NCBI RefSeq assembly: GCF_001186125.1
Contig: NW_014039786.1
Coordinates: 1 to 43,781 of the forward strand
From: Sphaeroforma arctica JP610
Taxonomy: Eukaryota
Direction: 5' to 3'
Length of the DNA stretch: 43,781 nt
The translations under genes were made by a program, and so were the position numbers. Within the stretch, counting starts at the first letter, position 1, and the number at the start of each line of letters is the position of its first letter. Positions 22,329 to 33,963 of the stretch are shown here, in pieces. The notes beneath the pieces are model-generated. The model saw only the letters and a program-made list of their open reading frames with translations. It had not been told where the DNA came from and did no database searches.

Positions 22329-25300
22329 TTACGTCGCCAGGAAGTTCTTGAGGCGCATTTTGATATGCTTGAGCTCCATAGCAAGTGAATCGTGCTTGGC
22401 GCCATTTTCGACCAAGTCCTGCAACGAAAGCATAGAAGTATTAGCGATATTTGGCACACTGGAGCAGAGACAGTGTGGTGTGCACGACCGCAAACGCGTC
22501 ACTACACAATAAATATAGGCTGTATGTAATCCGGTCACACGTGCATTGGCGCGCAAGCATAATATAAACGCGACACGTAATTAAAATAGAGTCTCAAGCA
22601 ATTCCAGCAGCCAGCCGCGGATTGTTTCTAAAGTAGCACCCGTCGAACAGTGACCGCCACAGAAAACGCTGAATACTAGTCCAATCACACACATGCGACA
22701 TATTGGCGTATAAGAATGTGTATTAATGATATCAACGTACGAAGGTGGATGCACACCTTTCGATTGGCCTGGTATTTCTGTTGTATTGCTGCTTCCACGG
22801 CTTTGATCTCGTCCGAGTTCTCTCCGTACTTTGATTTGTACTCGACCTTCTTATCATACAGTACCTTGAAGTCGCCCTCTATCCGTTTCTTCCAATCTAC
22901 GAAACCAAAGTAACCGTCAGAAATGCCCGAGAAAAAAATCCGTTTGAGATACTCGATACAGTTTAGAACCCTCAAAAATCCGATGGCGGCACAGAACGAC
23001 AAGCCGGACTACAGAACGGAATAACCCCGCAGAATTAGGCGCGCAAGAAATTGTAAAGGTATATTTAGTATGCCTTGAGACAACATATCTACTAAGCAGC
23101 TCCGTCGCTGTGGACAATACTGTGCATAAACCTTACCTATGAGGTCTCCATATTGTTTGTGCTTCCGGTCAAATTTACTGTAGTACTCCTTGTATTGTTC
23201 CTACAGTGTGATAGAGGACAGGCAACAAAAATAAAGTGAAGATCAGAGATACTTTGAGGTGGGGAAGGAGAAACCACGAGGTGGTTAAACGATCAATACG
23301 CGGCACCAAGCAGGCACACTACAGGCGACAACCCACCTTTGTCACAGCGCATACAACACAACCATCTTCATCCACACCTAAAATTCCAAGGGATACTCTA
23401 CTCTTGTTATTCGTACCATCCCATTCTCCACAGACAAACATTCCAAGCACATACCCTACTCTTGATCTTCGTGTACCGTTCTTCCAGATTGATAGAACGT
23501 CTGTTGCTGTCCTGCAGCGAGGCCGCATTGCTGACTACATCCACGCCATTCCCCGTCTTCGCCCGGTCCAGTTTATCCTTGTTGTACCCGTTTTGGTTGG
23601 TGTCTCTGTTGCTATTGTTACTACTGCTAATCTTATCCCTATGTGTGTCTTGTCGCCTGTTTATACCGCTGTTGCTGTGGGTCACGGGTCTGTTACTGGC
23701 CGAGCTCTTGAGCCCGTTCGTGTTTGTCCTGTTGTTGGCCGTTGGGCTACGCGTTGATTGCGTGCCTGGCCCTATGTTCGTGTTCAAGGTCACACTCAAA
23801 TTACTACTGCTCATGAGTCTGTTGCTCCTATCCCTATTGACATCCCTGCCATTGATCTGCCGGGGACTTAAATTGGTATGCTGCTTGCGCACAGTCGGAC
23901 TGATACCGGTGCCCCCATTGGCATGAGTATTCCCGGTACTCATACTGTCAGTTTGCAAATTGGTTGAGCTCCCAGGTCTGGCACCCAACAGAGGCGGTTT
24001 CCCAGCACCCCCTCCCAGTCCCGAGCCATTTGCATTCGGCTTTGGACCTGCACTCACTTCACTATATGCCACGCGTGACTGCTTATTGAAACTTGTGGAG
24101 GAATAGACCTTAGTCGGCCCCGGCCCAATACCGGGTGAGGTAACCTTGGGCGATTTCTTACTCGCAAAGGGAGTGGGCAGGCTTTTAAGGGGGGGCGGTA
24201 CTTGCGGCTTTGTAGGAGAGGATATAGGTGTACGTTTGGTTGCAGCAGGGTTTGCGAGTGAGCTCAGATGGTTGTTACTTGTACTTGTGGTAGTACCTGA
24301 GGTTGCTGATACGCTTGGAATGTTCAGCTTCACACTGACGCCTGTGTTGTTGTTTCCTGTGCCGCTGGCGTTCGATTGCGGCATAAGTGGTGATTTTGCG
24401 GGGGACTTTCCAGCGGCGGGATTGGGCGATTTCAGAGTGGCTGTTCAAATGGAAAATAAGAGCAAATATGAGCTCAGTGACAATGATTGCGCGACTGCTA
24501 ATAGGAAAGCACGGCATACACGAAATGAGTTTGGCAGAAGCGTGTACGTAAGATAAAAGTATTTGGGAGCAAACCGATCACCAGAAAAGTGTCCGAAATA
24601 CTGCGCTGTGGAGGACAACGATTCCGATATCTGATACTGCAAAATGCAGCGCTATTTCAATCGATTTCTAATCGATGCAATGATCAATTATCTCACTGGG
24701 AATTAAACAGAACAGTATGTAGATGTGTTCTGGACAGACATATGCTTAGGATATGGAGTAGCTTGCAGATATGATAGTGCATGCGGTTGACATATCAGGA
24801 CTGTGCGAACTATGAAGTCTCGCTGTAAAATAGGGGAGATTTCAATGATATATTGCCGACAGCTATGAACTACAGCCCAGGTAGCAAGAAGAAGCCAATG
24901 ACACTGGTGCGTACACTGCACTAAAACATTATATTACAAGTCCACATATCTTGACCTCAACTTCATACGAACACAAGCCAGGTGCCAGGAGTAGATACAT
25001 ACAGACACAAACACTTTCTGAACTAGGACCTTAAACCCCAAAAATACTACAGGTGAAATTAGACACACCTCCTTTTACAGGCGTTTTGCTTTTCAACCTC
25101 ACATCCGTTCGTTGTCGCTTATTGAGAAAATTGGAGGCCTTCTTCGCACTACTGGCTTTGGCAGCTGGGACAATCGGAGCACTGTTAGGTGGCGATAGTG
25201 CGTCTGACTTACGCTTGCCAGGGCGCGCGTCGCTATCATCAGACCCTTCAGCACTCACTGGTGGGGGTGGATTGAGCGTCTTCTCGATAGCTGTGGACAA

Positions 25301-27972
25301 TTGGAATAATTGAATGCGTAATTTCGATCAGAATTAGGGTAGATATGCCACGAATGTGTGGCGCGTACGTGTACTAGTAGCAAAGATTGGTTCTAATTGT
25401 CCCAGAACATGCGTTGACATTTTGAGTCACCTGGCTGGGCAGAAGCATTCTTCACCCCGATGGCATTCAGATATTGGATGTAGGATCACATTGGAGGTAG
25501 ACGGTCTGAAAATTGACCAAGCCACTTTGAGAACTGGATCCAAGCATGTATACTTTTTTCATTTCTCTTGGAGTGCGCGTTTACGCTTATCTAATAAACC
25601 CTGCGATTGCCGCTTAATTAAGCAGCTACAAAAACACCGACCCTCATGCGTACAAAATGTTCTAGGTAGAAAAAAAGATACCGACCAATATGCATCCAGT
25701 AGACAATCGGCACTGTTGTCGATCACAATAATCGCAGGCTTGACCACTGACAATCCCAGTCCAAATGGACGGACTCCACGAAGGCAAAACAACTGAAACA
25801 ACGCCTGACGTGAACTCACCTGCATCACTCATCCCTGTTCTCCTAAGCGCGGCCTTTGCTTTTTCCATTACATTTGTCTTGTCTGACTGACTGAACCGTG
25901 TGTACCCTGGCTGGACTTCCTTGTAGATCTCATCCCGAAGCTTGTACTCATTCTCACCGATACCCTGAGTGATAGCTATCTCCGACAATAAGGCTGTCAA
26001 GTTCGGATCGTCCGTTTTGATGTGCAACCGTGACTCCAATACTTGTCTGTTTGTGGGCCTCAAAGCTAAGAGATGAACCACCCTCTCCCGGAAATTCTTA
26101 GCCTGTTTAGAACCGATATATAGCAGTAAAATACTGTGTGAGAGACTCGATACAAAGTCTCAGTTTTCGTCGGTTTATGCACACGGCCAAATGCGGTAAA
26201 AACCTCGAGGTGGGCACCAAAAGCTGAAGTGTACATCATATAAACATTATATATTAAGCGCTGAATCTAGCAATGAAGACTTGACCCACACAATGACGAC
26301 GAGTCAGCTGTATCCACAACACGTTATGAATAAGAACGAGATCGCGCAAGCAGCCCTGACCTACCTCTTCCGCAGTCTTGTGTGCTGGTTTCGATTGCTC
26401 AGGCGCTGGAGAGACACTGAGTCGCCCAGTAGTAGTGGTCTTAGCGGTCAGATTGACTCGACCAGACATCGTACCACGAGATACAGCCTGAGGCTTAGTT
26501 GTGATTCCTATGGTCTGACTGCTAAATTTGCCATAACCGTGTTTCTCTTTCGGAGCGTCACGCTTGATGATTTGCGTCCTGTGTATAGTGAGATGAGACA
26601 GCACGATGCCAGATTAGCTTTGGATCGATTTCGTGGAAGATTAAGACACCAGCATTGACTGATGTCTACGATAACCACATAAAGTACTATACGTATTGTA
26701 CCTATCGAAAAACACATCAACACCATATACTCTAAAATAGCTTTCTACCTTCTATGCCTGGTAAAAAAATCTAATACCTATATCTTATCTGTCATGACGA
26801 ACACATTCTTACACCCTTGCCGTAACAAACACCCTGCTAATCGTATAAATTCACATACACTTTGTCGTCTTTGTTCTTCTGTGCCCCCATGGTCCAATCT
26901 CGCGTTCTCTGGGCGAGTGATTTCGACAGAGTAATCGGGAACTCTAATCTTGACGAGGTACTCCCGATGCTCTGGAAGTAGTCCGTTCCTTGACGGTGCA
27001 CAACAGTGTCTCCTAGACGCTTGTTGTCTGGGATTGGCTTCTCTGTGAAGTTCCACACTGAGTCCTCGATTCCTTCCGCGGATAAGGTCAGCGCCTGCAG
27101 TATAATACAGTGCATAGGTAGTAAATATATATTCCAAGCTTGATTCAGTTTGTTCTATACCACAACATAAAAGGTCAACTATAGTGTGTAATTTATCACA
27201 TTGCTCTCTTTGATGCTCGCATCGTCAGACCATGACTAGATAAACAGCATTCATCCATATATAAATGTGCTGCGTGACTCATTGCAGATGTCATTTCTCA
27301 TCAATGTTAACATTAGACTATTTGGGTCCAATTCAATATAAAGTATCTAAAACACGACAGCACAGTATACCAGATCCATACTCACAAATGACTTGAATAT
27401 TCGATGCCGTTTTTCTATTTAGAGTCACTTGGGTAAGTAGTACAGTCCGTATACAAATAGCCCTGTTGACTTGCGAACAGAAAAGCTAATATTCAAATCG
27501 CAAGAGATTTATGTTCCCTTGGAAATACGAAGCAACCGACCAGAGTAAATATTACAACCTCTTTTTGGACATGAGCATGCAGAAACAACCGTTTGTAACA
27601 GAGACTTACGCCTTTCTGTAATCGTTTGCCAGCTTCTGGAAGAGTCAGTGTCATCCGACCTCTCTCCGAATTGGCCATCAAGGCTTGATACATATCATCG
27701 TTGATCCTGCAAAAGACAAAATAGTCAACGTTAATAACGCAGGCAACAAAACAGCCGAATCTAAACCAACTCGTAAGTCAGTAGACGACCTACACAAAGG
27801 TTCAGCTGAAATCAAGGAATGATAGTATACCATAAACACGAACAATGTTAGACTCAAAATCACACAATACATGAGAATGTTACCCTCTGACCAAGAATAT
27901 ATATATATATATACATACACACACACACACACATATATATATAAATATATATATATATAATAATATATATCT

Positions 27973-28021
<49 letters not shown>

Positions 28022-28092
28022 TAGTAATATANNNNNNNNNNNNNNNNNNNNAGTAGTATAGTAGTATAGGTAGTATATATACTATATATATA

Positions 28093-28148
<56 letters not shown>

Positions 28149-28322
28149 NTAAACGTGCATATATGAAGGTTGGCCGTTTGTATCTACTCTACTTATGTTC
28201 TGGCGAGAGATCTATTGTAGATTACGCAAACGTGGCAAGAAAACATACTTAAAGGCAAATATTTTCTTCTTTTTGGGGTACAGCAAGCTGTAATCCCCAC
28301 TATCGTTCGCTTCTTCAGGCAT
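22329..28322 (-). CDS. ELL: RNA polymerase II elongation factor ELL, ~801 aa, 10 exons
   Basis: Minus-strand exons: 28322-28249, 27706-27610, 27094-26859, 26578-26365, 26102-25820, 25290-25069, 24440-23455, 23200-23137, 22896-22757, 22418-22329 (2406 nt, phases match). The ELL domain reads FRERVVHLLALRP...LESRL...LLSEIA...YKLRDEIYKEVQPGYTRFS. A long S/T/N/P-rich linker follows. The C-terminal occludin-homology domain reads YTKIKSREQYKEYYSKFDRKHKQYGDL...KHDSLAMELKHIKMRLKNF. Confidence 0.88.
27897..28148. repeat. (TA)n/(CA)n microsatellite with a short gap, in ELL intron 1
   Basis: Directly visible. Confidence 0.95.
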
Positions 28323-30189
28323 CGTGTCGGAGTTCTATGTTGTATGTGAGTAGGTTGAAGGACTGTGGCAGCTTAACAACCACAGCTCAAGAGTGATAGG
28401 CCAGTGAAATTATCTTTAACCTTGTCTGTCACGTCTCAGATTTCCCTTACAACTTCCCAGAGAAACCTATTCGAATTTGACAGTTCGAAGTACGTCAACT
28501 TGACTCAGAATGCGGCACTATTAACTGTTCTAAACACTCAAAAATACAGATGTAGCTCACTGCAACAGTTCAACACTTAAGAAGGTAAGTGATGAGTCGA
28601 TTCGCAAAACACTTCCGCGTCGTCAAACAAAAGTTGCTACATAGACAAGCTGTTAATTGACTATCGAAGTTACTGAGAGTCTTGTAGTATGGCTTGGGCT
28701 GTTGCAGATTTTATCCCAAGATTTCGATGGACATGGGTAGGTGGGATTTCAAAAAACTGAATGACTGATAATAGTAGTCCGATAAATAGTCTTCAGCATC
28801 TTTTTATTTTTTATAAATATCAAATATTCTACAAAAAAAACCCTAAAACATACATAGACAAAGAGGTCCACAAATTATGATCTACTGATATGAAACATAT
28901 CCAATATGTAGTGTTTCGAATACGAGTCTTCTCGTTCTTAACAAGCAACAACCTCGCTGTATTTTACAGAAGCAGACGATGCCCCGATCCGACATACAAG
29001 GTACAGTGCTCTCACACCAGAGCAATTTTGGTTTTCCAAATACCTTTCCAGCCTGTTGATAACGACCAAAATACCAGGATTAATTTGTTTGTCTCTTCTT
29101 CTGACAGCTTTAGAAGTAGGGGTTATTCGACCTTTACAATAGACGATTCAGAAGATCAGCACACGCAATAGCGAGCGAGTTCCCCAGAGCAGTTTCGAAT
29201 ACAATTTATCGTCAACTGAATGAACAGACTAGATAGGATTTCCCGTTCATGATCAAACGTGGGAAATAAAATCACAAAGTAGTCGATTCGTAAACATTTT
29301 GGACTGGTGAGACACTACTAAATCTCCCAAATTCAATCATCCCTGCTCCAGACTGATCTGCTTTCTTTCCAAGTGCTATGATCACTTTCACACTGGGAAA
29401 TGAGAGCCATATAAATATTTCACTTAATACTATATTGTGCTTTTGAAAATCTTATGAAAACGGCAGCGGCATGCCTATTAGTCGAATCTCTATGTATAAT
29501 AATTACCACCGAGCAAGCAGGGTGGGTTATTCATTGAATGTTGCTAAATGAGTAGAATCAAGTTCATAGCGCTTTAATAGACAGTTTGTATGTGTAATTG
29601 ATTTTATTAGGATCAATTCATTTGAATTTCATCTAGTATCTATGCATAAAGACCTTCAGGAATCTTTTAACTTGTTACATCTTCTTCATGATGATACAAA
29701 CCCAACTAACATCGCTGTACGATTGCTTTAAATTCGACTTTTCACAGCTTGGCATAGTCTGTTGTTGTTAAAGTGTTCCTCGAAATATACACTATTGAAA
29801 GCGGGAACAAAAATATGTTTATTACCATCTGTTTATCATAATTGCGAATGATCATAGAACTTAAAAAGTCGAGGAATCGCTCAGCTCATCCGTGAGAAAA
29901 TATCGGTGTTGTGTCAATGTTTGTTTCGTCGTCGAATAGGCGCTTGACAGTCTTTGTTCATTGCGATTTCGGTCTTGTCACCACTATATGACGATTTTTA
30001 CCGCAGTATAAGTATATTTGTCTAGTAAAAAGTGTATCTAACGACAAAATGAAAATCTGAACATTTGGTCGTCTATATTAAAACGAAGTGCGAGCCAGGT
30101 TAGCCCTGCTGGTAAATATTTCGAACTTCTGGAAGCCTGGAACTTGGAGTTGGAACTCACGGATGATGGAAGTCTGAAACCCGAAACCG

Positions 30190-30312
30190 AGGCGACAGCC
30201 CACGGGCCACAGGGCACAGGCCCACATTAAATAATCATGGCAGCCCACAGGACACAGGTTCACCAGGCCACGGCTCACTGCCCACAGGGTTGCACAGGCC
30301 CAAGGCCCACGA
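30190..30312. promoter_or_regulatory. GC-rich array of GCCCAC/CACAGG-type motifs in the divergent ELL/TAF13 intergenic region
   Basis: Repeated units such as GCCCACGGG, CCACAGGG, CACAGGCCCACA, GCCCACAGG, GCCCACAGGG, CACAGGCCCA and GGCCCACG in an otherwise AT-rich region, ~400-500 bp upstream of the TAF13 ATG. The regulatory role is inferred. Confidence 0.4.
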
Positions 30313-30698
30313 TGACTCTGGACTTCTAGTCTTGACTCTCGAGTTGTTGACCCCTTTATTTTATAGGAAGGCTGCCATAAATGGACAAAGCTTGGAAATG
30401 GCGCCAAAAGTTCATATAATACAAAAATTGTCAACTTTCTATCATCTTGGTCAAAAGTGGTCTTCACGAGAGTTTCGCCATCCATCCCTTTCATATACAT
30501 TTCAATGCATCGTCTATTTTGCCTCTTGTGCGCTGTGATTCAATATATATTTTACGGGACAAAGAACCAGGTATTCTTATCCGACGGTTGGCCGACTGTC
30601 AATTGTGTATCGTAGGACTCACTATAGCTGTTGAGCATCTTAATCCGGCATACCTTGGTGGGCAACACTGTACGATAGTAGTTGTCCAGTCCACAGAT

Positions 30699-32779
30699 AT
30701 GTTCGGTGCACGACGCCGATCAAGTAGAATAAGAGAGAGAAATGGTAGCTCTACAGTAAATCCGGAATATGAAGAGCTTACACCACGCCCCTGTCGTCAA
30801 CAACGTCATCCATGTACACGCAACACTCGCGGTATCAAGAAGCATGCAGTCAAGAATAGCCAAGCTGATGCTGCAGCGGAAAACAGGCGTGAACTAGATG
30901 CGATGCTTATCGAAGGCCAGTGTAAAAACGAGCGAAAGCCCGTGTTTTTGAAAGAAGGTAGACAGATTATAACGAATATTATGTGGTTGTATCTCAGTGG
31001 GTGGGTTTATGTTGGTTTCCATGCCGACATGCGATTCACTCAAATCAACTCATATTCGATCAACTCATATTCGACCTCTGAGATATGGTAAATTTGTATC
31101 TTATGATTTGATCTGCATTAAGAAATACTTGAGCATGACTAGTAGGTTACCTTGTAAGGCTGTGATAATTATCAGAAGTTTAGTCTCATGGTTGCAACTG
31201 GTTTTCGTGGTTGTGTGGGGTAGTGGTAGTGCATGTGTTCGTAAGTAAGCAAGAAAGTGATAATCATGCTCGAGGAGTATATTTTATATTTTTCTGACAC
31301 ACGACTTGCTATCTTGTAGCTCTATAGATGCCAACCATGCTTAAGGGATATATGTGAACGCACTTAAACGCCAGCCTAGAGCACACTGACAACTTTAATA
31401 CGAGAACACTGCTTTGTATTGGTGTACAGTAATACGGATGTATCAAGATATCTATATATATGAGCAATCCCCACAAACGAAGGTGGCTAGTGCCAACTTT
31501 ATCTGTAAGAGGGCCGTCATCTGTCAAACTATTATATGTATATCATCTGATCACAGTATCTCGCTGCCTGAAATCTACATTTGTACACTACTTTTTGCAT
31601 TCCGAGACGCGTAAACGGAATCCCTAGTCGAGGTGGTTTTGTGGTTATCGTATACAAATGTTAAGGTGTGCTTCCAACTATGACATTTTCTCTATTGCCT
31701 TCAATTCATTAATTAGTCTGATAGGAGACCTGTTACAGTAAGGCAACAAATACCATTTCAGTTCTTAGATGACGACTGACGCTCTCGGCTTGGGGGTTTT
31801 TTACGCAGTGCGGCACATGATGTTTGGCTTTGGCGACTCCAACAGACCGTTGCACGCATCCTGCAAGCTAATGGAGGAGATCCTGTTTGAATTTATGCAG
31901 GATTTGGTATGGTTTCTGTGGTGTACGCTGCTGAAGCAAAACTTGTGTATTCTTGGACTTAGACAACCCCAAATCCATATATGTCGCACAGAAGTACTGC
32001 ATCGACTTGAATGGCTTAGTCATACTGGGGCAAAAACTTATGCCTTGGTTTCTAAAATTATTTTTGATAAAATGGTGCATCCTGGACAATGATTTCAATA
32101 TACTAGGCAACGAAAAGCCTCTCAATTTTACAGATTTAAAGTTCGTGTAATTGCACGAGTGTCTAGATTCTTATCGTACAATCTCCGTTTGTCAACAATC
32201 TGGAAACGCCTCGTGTATAACAGTTTTAGTATCTGAATCAACTCTTTTACGTATCACACCACAGCTCGCGGATGCACAGAAGGTTTCTACCAACGGCCCG
32301 TTCAGAACAGAGGATCTTTGCTTTGTCATTCACAGGGACAAGAAAAAGTTGAACCGTGCTCAGGTACAATCGATTTTACACTGGTAACTTCCAAAATTTG
32401 TCACGTCATTGTGTATCTTCGACTTTATTGGTAATGGCGAGATGACATGATCATGTCTTTCAATTTTTGTACTTCGGTCTTTGAAGGCGACCATACTATC
32501 TGATTGATATCGCGATTCATTTTCTGAGTTAATTGGCTTCTCAACGTCTCGAAGAATATACATATTCCACAAGAATTTATAGCTCCTAGTTTTAGCTAGA
32601 GCACTGCCGGTGCATATGCACAACAACAAATAATAAAATATGTGTCTGAGCATATTTCAGTACAAGATTCCTTCACTATGCGGTAACCTGACTTTAATTG
32701 CTCATCTTAACCTCTACAGGAATTACTAGTTGCCGATAAAGAGATCTCGGAGGCGAAGAGGGTCATCTCTCATATCTGA
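30699..32779 (+). CDS. TAF13: TFIID subunit TAF13 (TFIID-18kDa/SPT3 histone-fold family), ~171 aa, 4 exons
   Basis: Exons: 30699-30957, 31809-31906, 32265-32363, 32720-32779 (516 nt). Spliced domain: KPVFLKEVRHMMFGFGDSNRPLHASCKLMEEILFEFMQDLLADAQKVSTNGPFRTEDLCFVIHRDKKKLNRAQELLVADKEISEAKRVISHI*. The start codon choice is uncertain. Confidence 0.82.
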
Positions 32780-33220
32780 TTGCAACTAGATGTATTTATA
32801 TGAAGATCCCTGTGCAAAAATCTAGCACGGCCAATGAGCCAATAGGGAGCCTGCCTACGTGCGGAGCGCGAACATCATCTGGATCTCACAACGCGATACA
32901 TAGAGCACAGTACGGCAGGGACGATCCTAATTGCAGCTTTTTGAGCCCATGATGAAAAGTACATCAATGTTGAATTCTCATGAAAGACTACTGTCGACCA
33001 TTGTAGGCAACGGAGTCGAAATCATCCTACCAGTTGAGGACTTGGGGTACGTGGCCGAATCTGGAGTACAACCTGGAGTACAACGACATATGGGGACAGC
33101 GCAACGCCCATATCTTTCGTTCGGAAAAATACGCACCCGCATACATTTACGGTCAAGTGATAAGATCCCGTTATATCTGTAGCTGTTGTGCCATTGTGTT
33201 TTCAATGTTCCTAAATTACG

Positions 33221-33261
33221 TTACTTTGGATAGAATAGAGTTTACTTTGGATAGAATAGAG
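33221..33261. repeat. 21-bp-period tandem repeat, 2 copies (plus a 12-bp x2 repeat at 33061-33084)
   Basis: TTACTTTGGATAGAATAGAG occurs twice; CTGGAGTACAAC occurs twice. Confidence 0.9.
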
Positions 33262-33883
33262 ATGTGTGTGAAACAACACGAAGAGCTCGAACACTAGAGC
33301 AGAAAATTGAAGCGGATGCGGAGCAGACTGACCTCGCGCAAGGCAGACACAGCCAAGTCGAGTATAATGTATACGCCGTGATCGTTCTATGATGGAACAT
33401 GTATATACACAAATGTTGCCGACTAAATGACACCTGTGCCAGTTTTCGATATCAGTCAGTTTTGCTGATCAGTTCTTTATTCACGAGTTGCATACTATGC
33501 GATAGGTATTTAAGAGAAAGAACATATCAGATACAACGAAGCCGAAAAACGGATAAGAGACCAGGTCACCAGGATCCACTACAGAGCACAAGTGGTGGCT
33601 ATAGTAGTAAATATTTACAATTGTCGCAGCTGTGGAACAATACCGCATATATTAAAAAATGCAGATCAGAAGTTGAGAAAAAAATATAAAAATATACAGA
33701 ATTTCAAAACAAACATATAGTCAGATTGAACCCCTTTTTGTAATGTAACAATAAATAGTGTCAACATCATGTCGTCGATACCTGGCCGAATATAATAATG
33801 TAATGTGTTTGTTAAAATAAAATAAAAATTAATGTTCGTAGGCCATTCGTGTTCATCCATTGAATGACCGCACACGTATCGCT

Positions 33884-33890
33884 AACACGA

Positions 33891-33921
<31 letters not shown>

Positions 33922-33950
33922 AACACGCACACACACACTAACACGCACAA
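33884..33950. repeat. (CA)n microsatellite immediately upstream of the SCO1 start codon
   Basis: CA-rich run ending ~15 nt before the ATG at 33964. Confidence 0.92.
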
Positions 33951-33963
33951 TCAAGACGCAACC

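Noticed and set aside
28589..28677. Possible C/D box snoRNA (GTGATGA ... CTGA, ~88 nt)
   Set aside because: No convincing terminal stem and only ~8 nt of possible LSU rRNA complementarity; it would need snoscan or small-RNA evidence.
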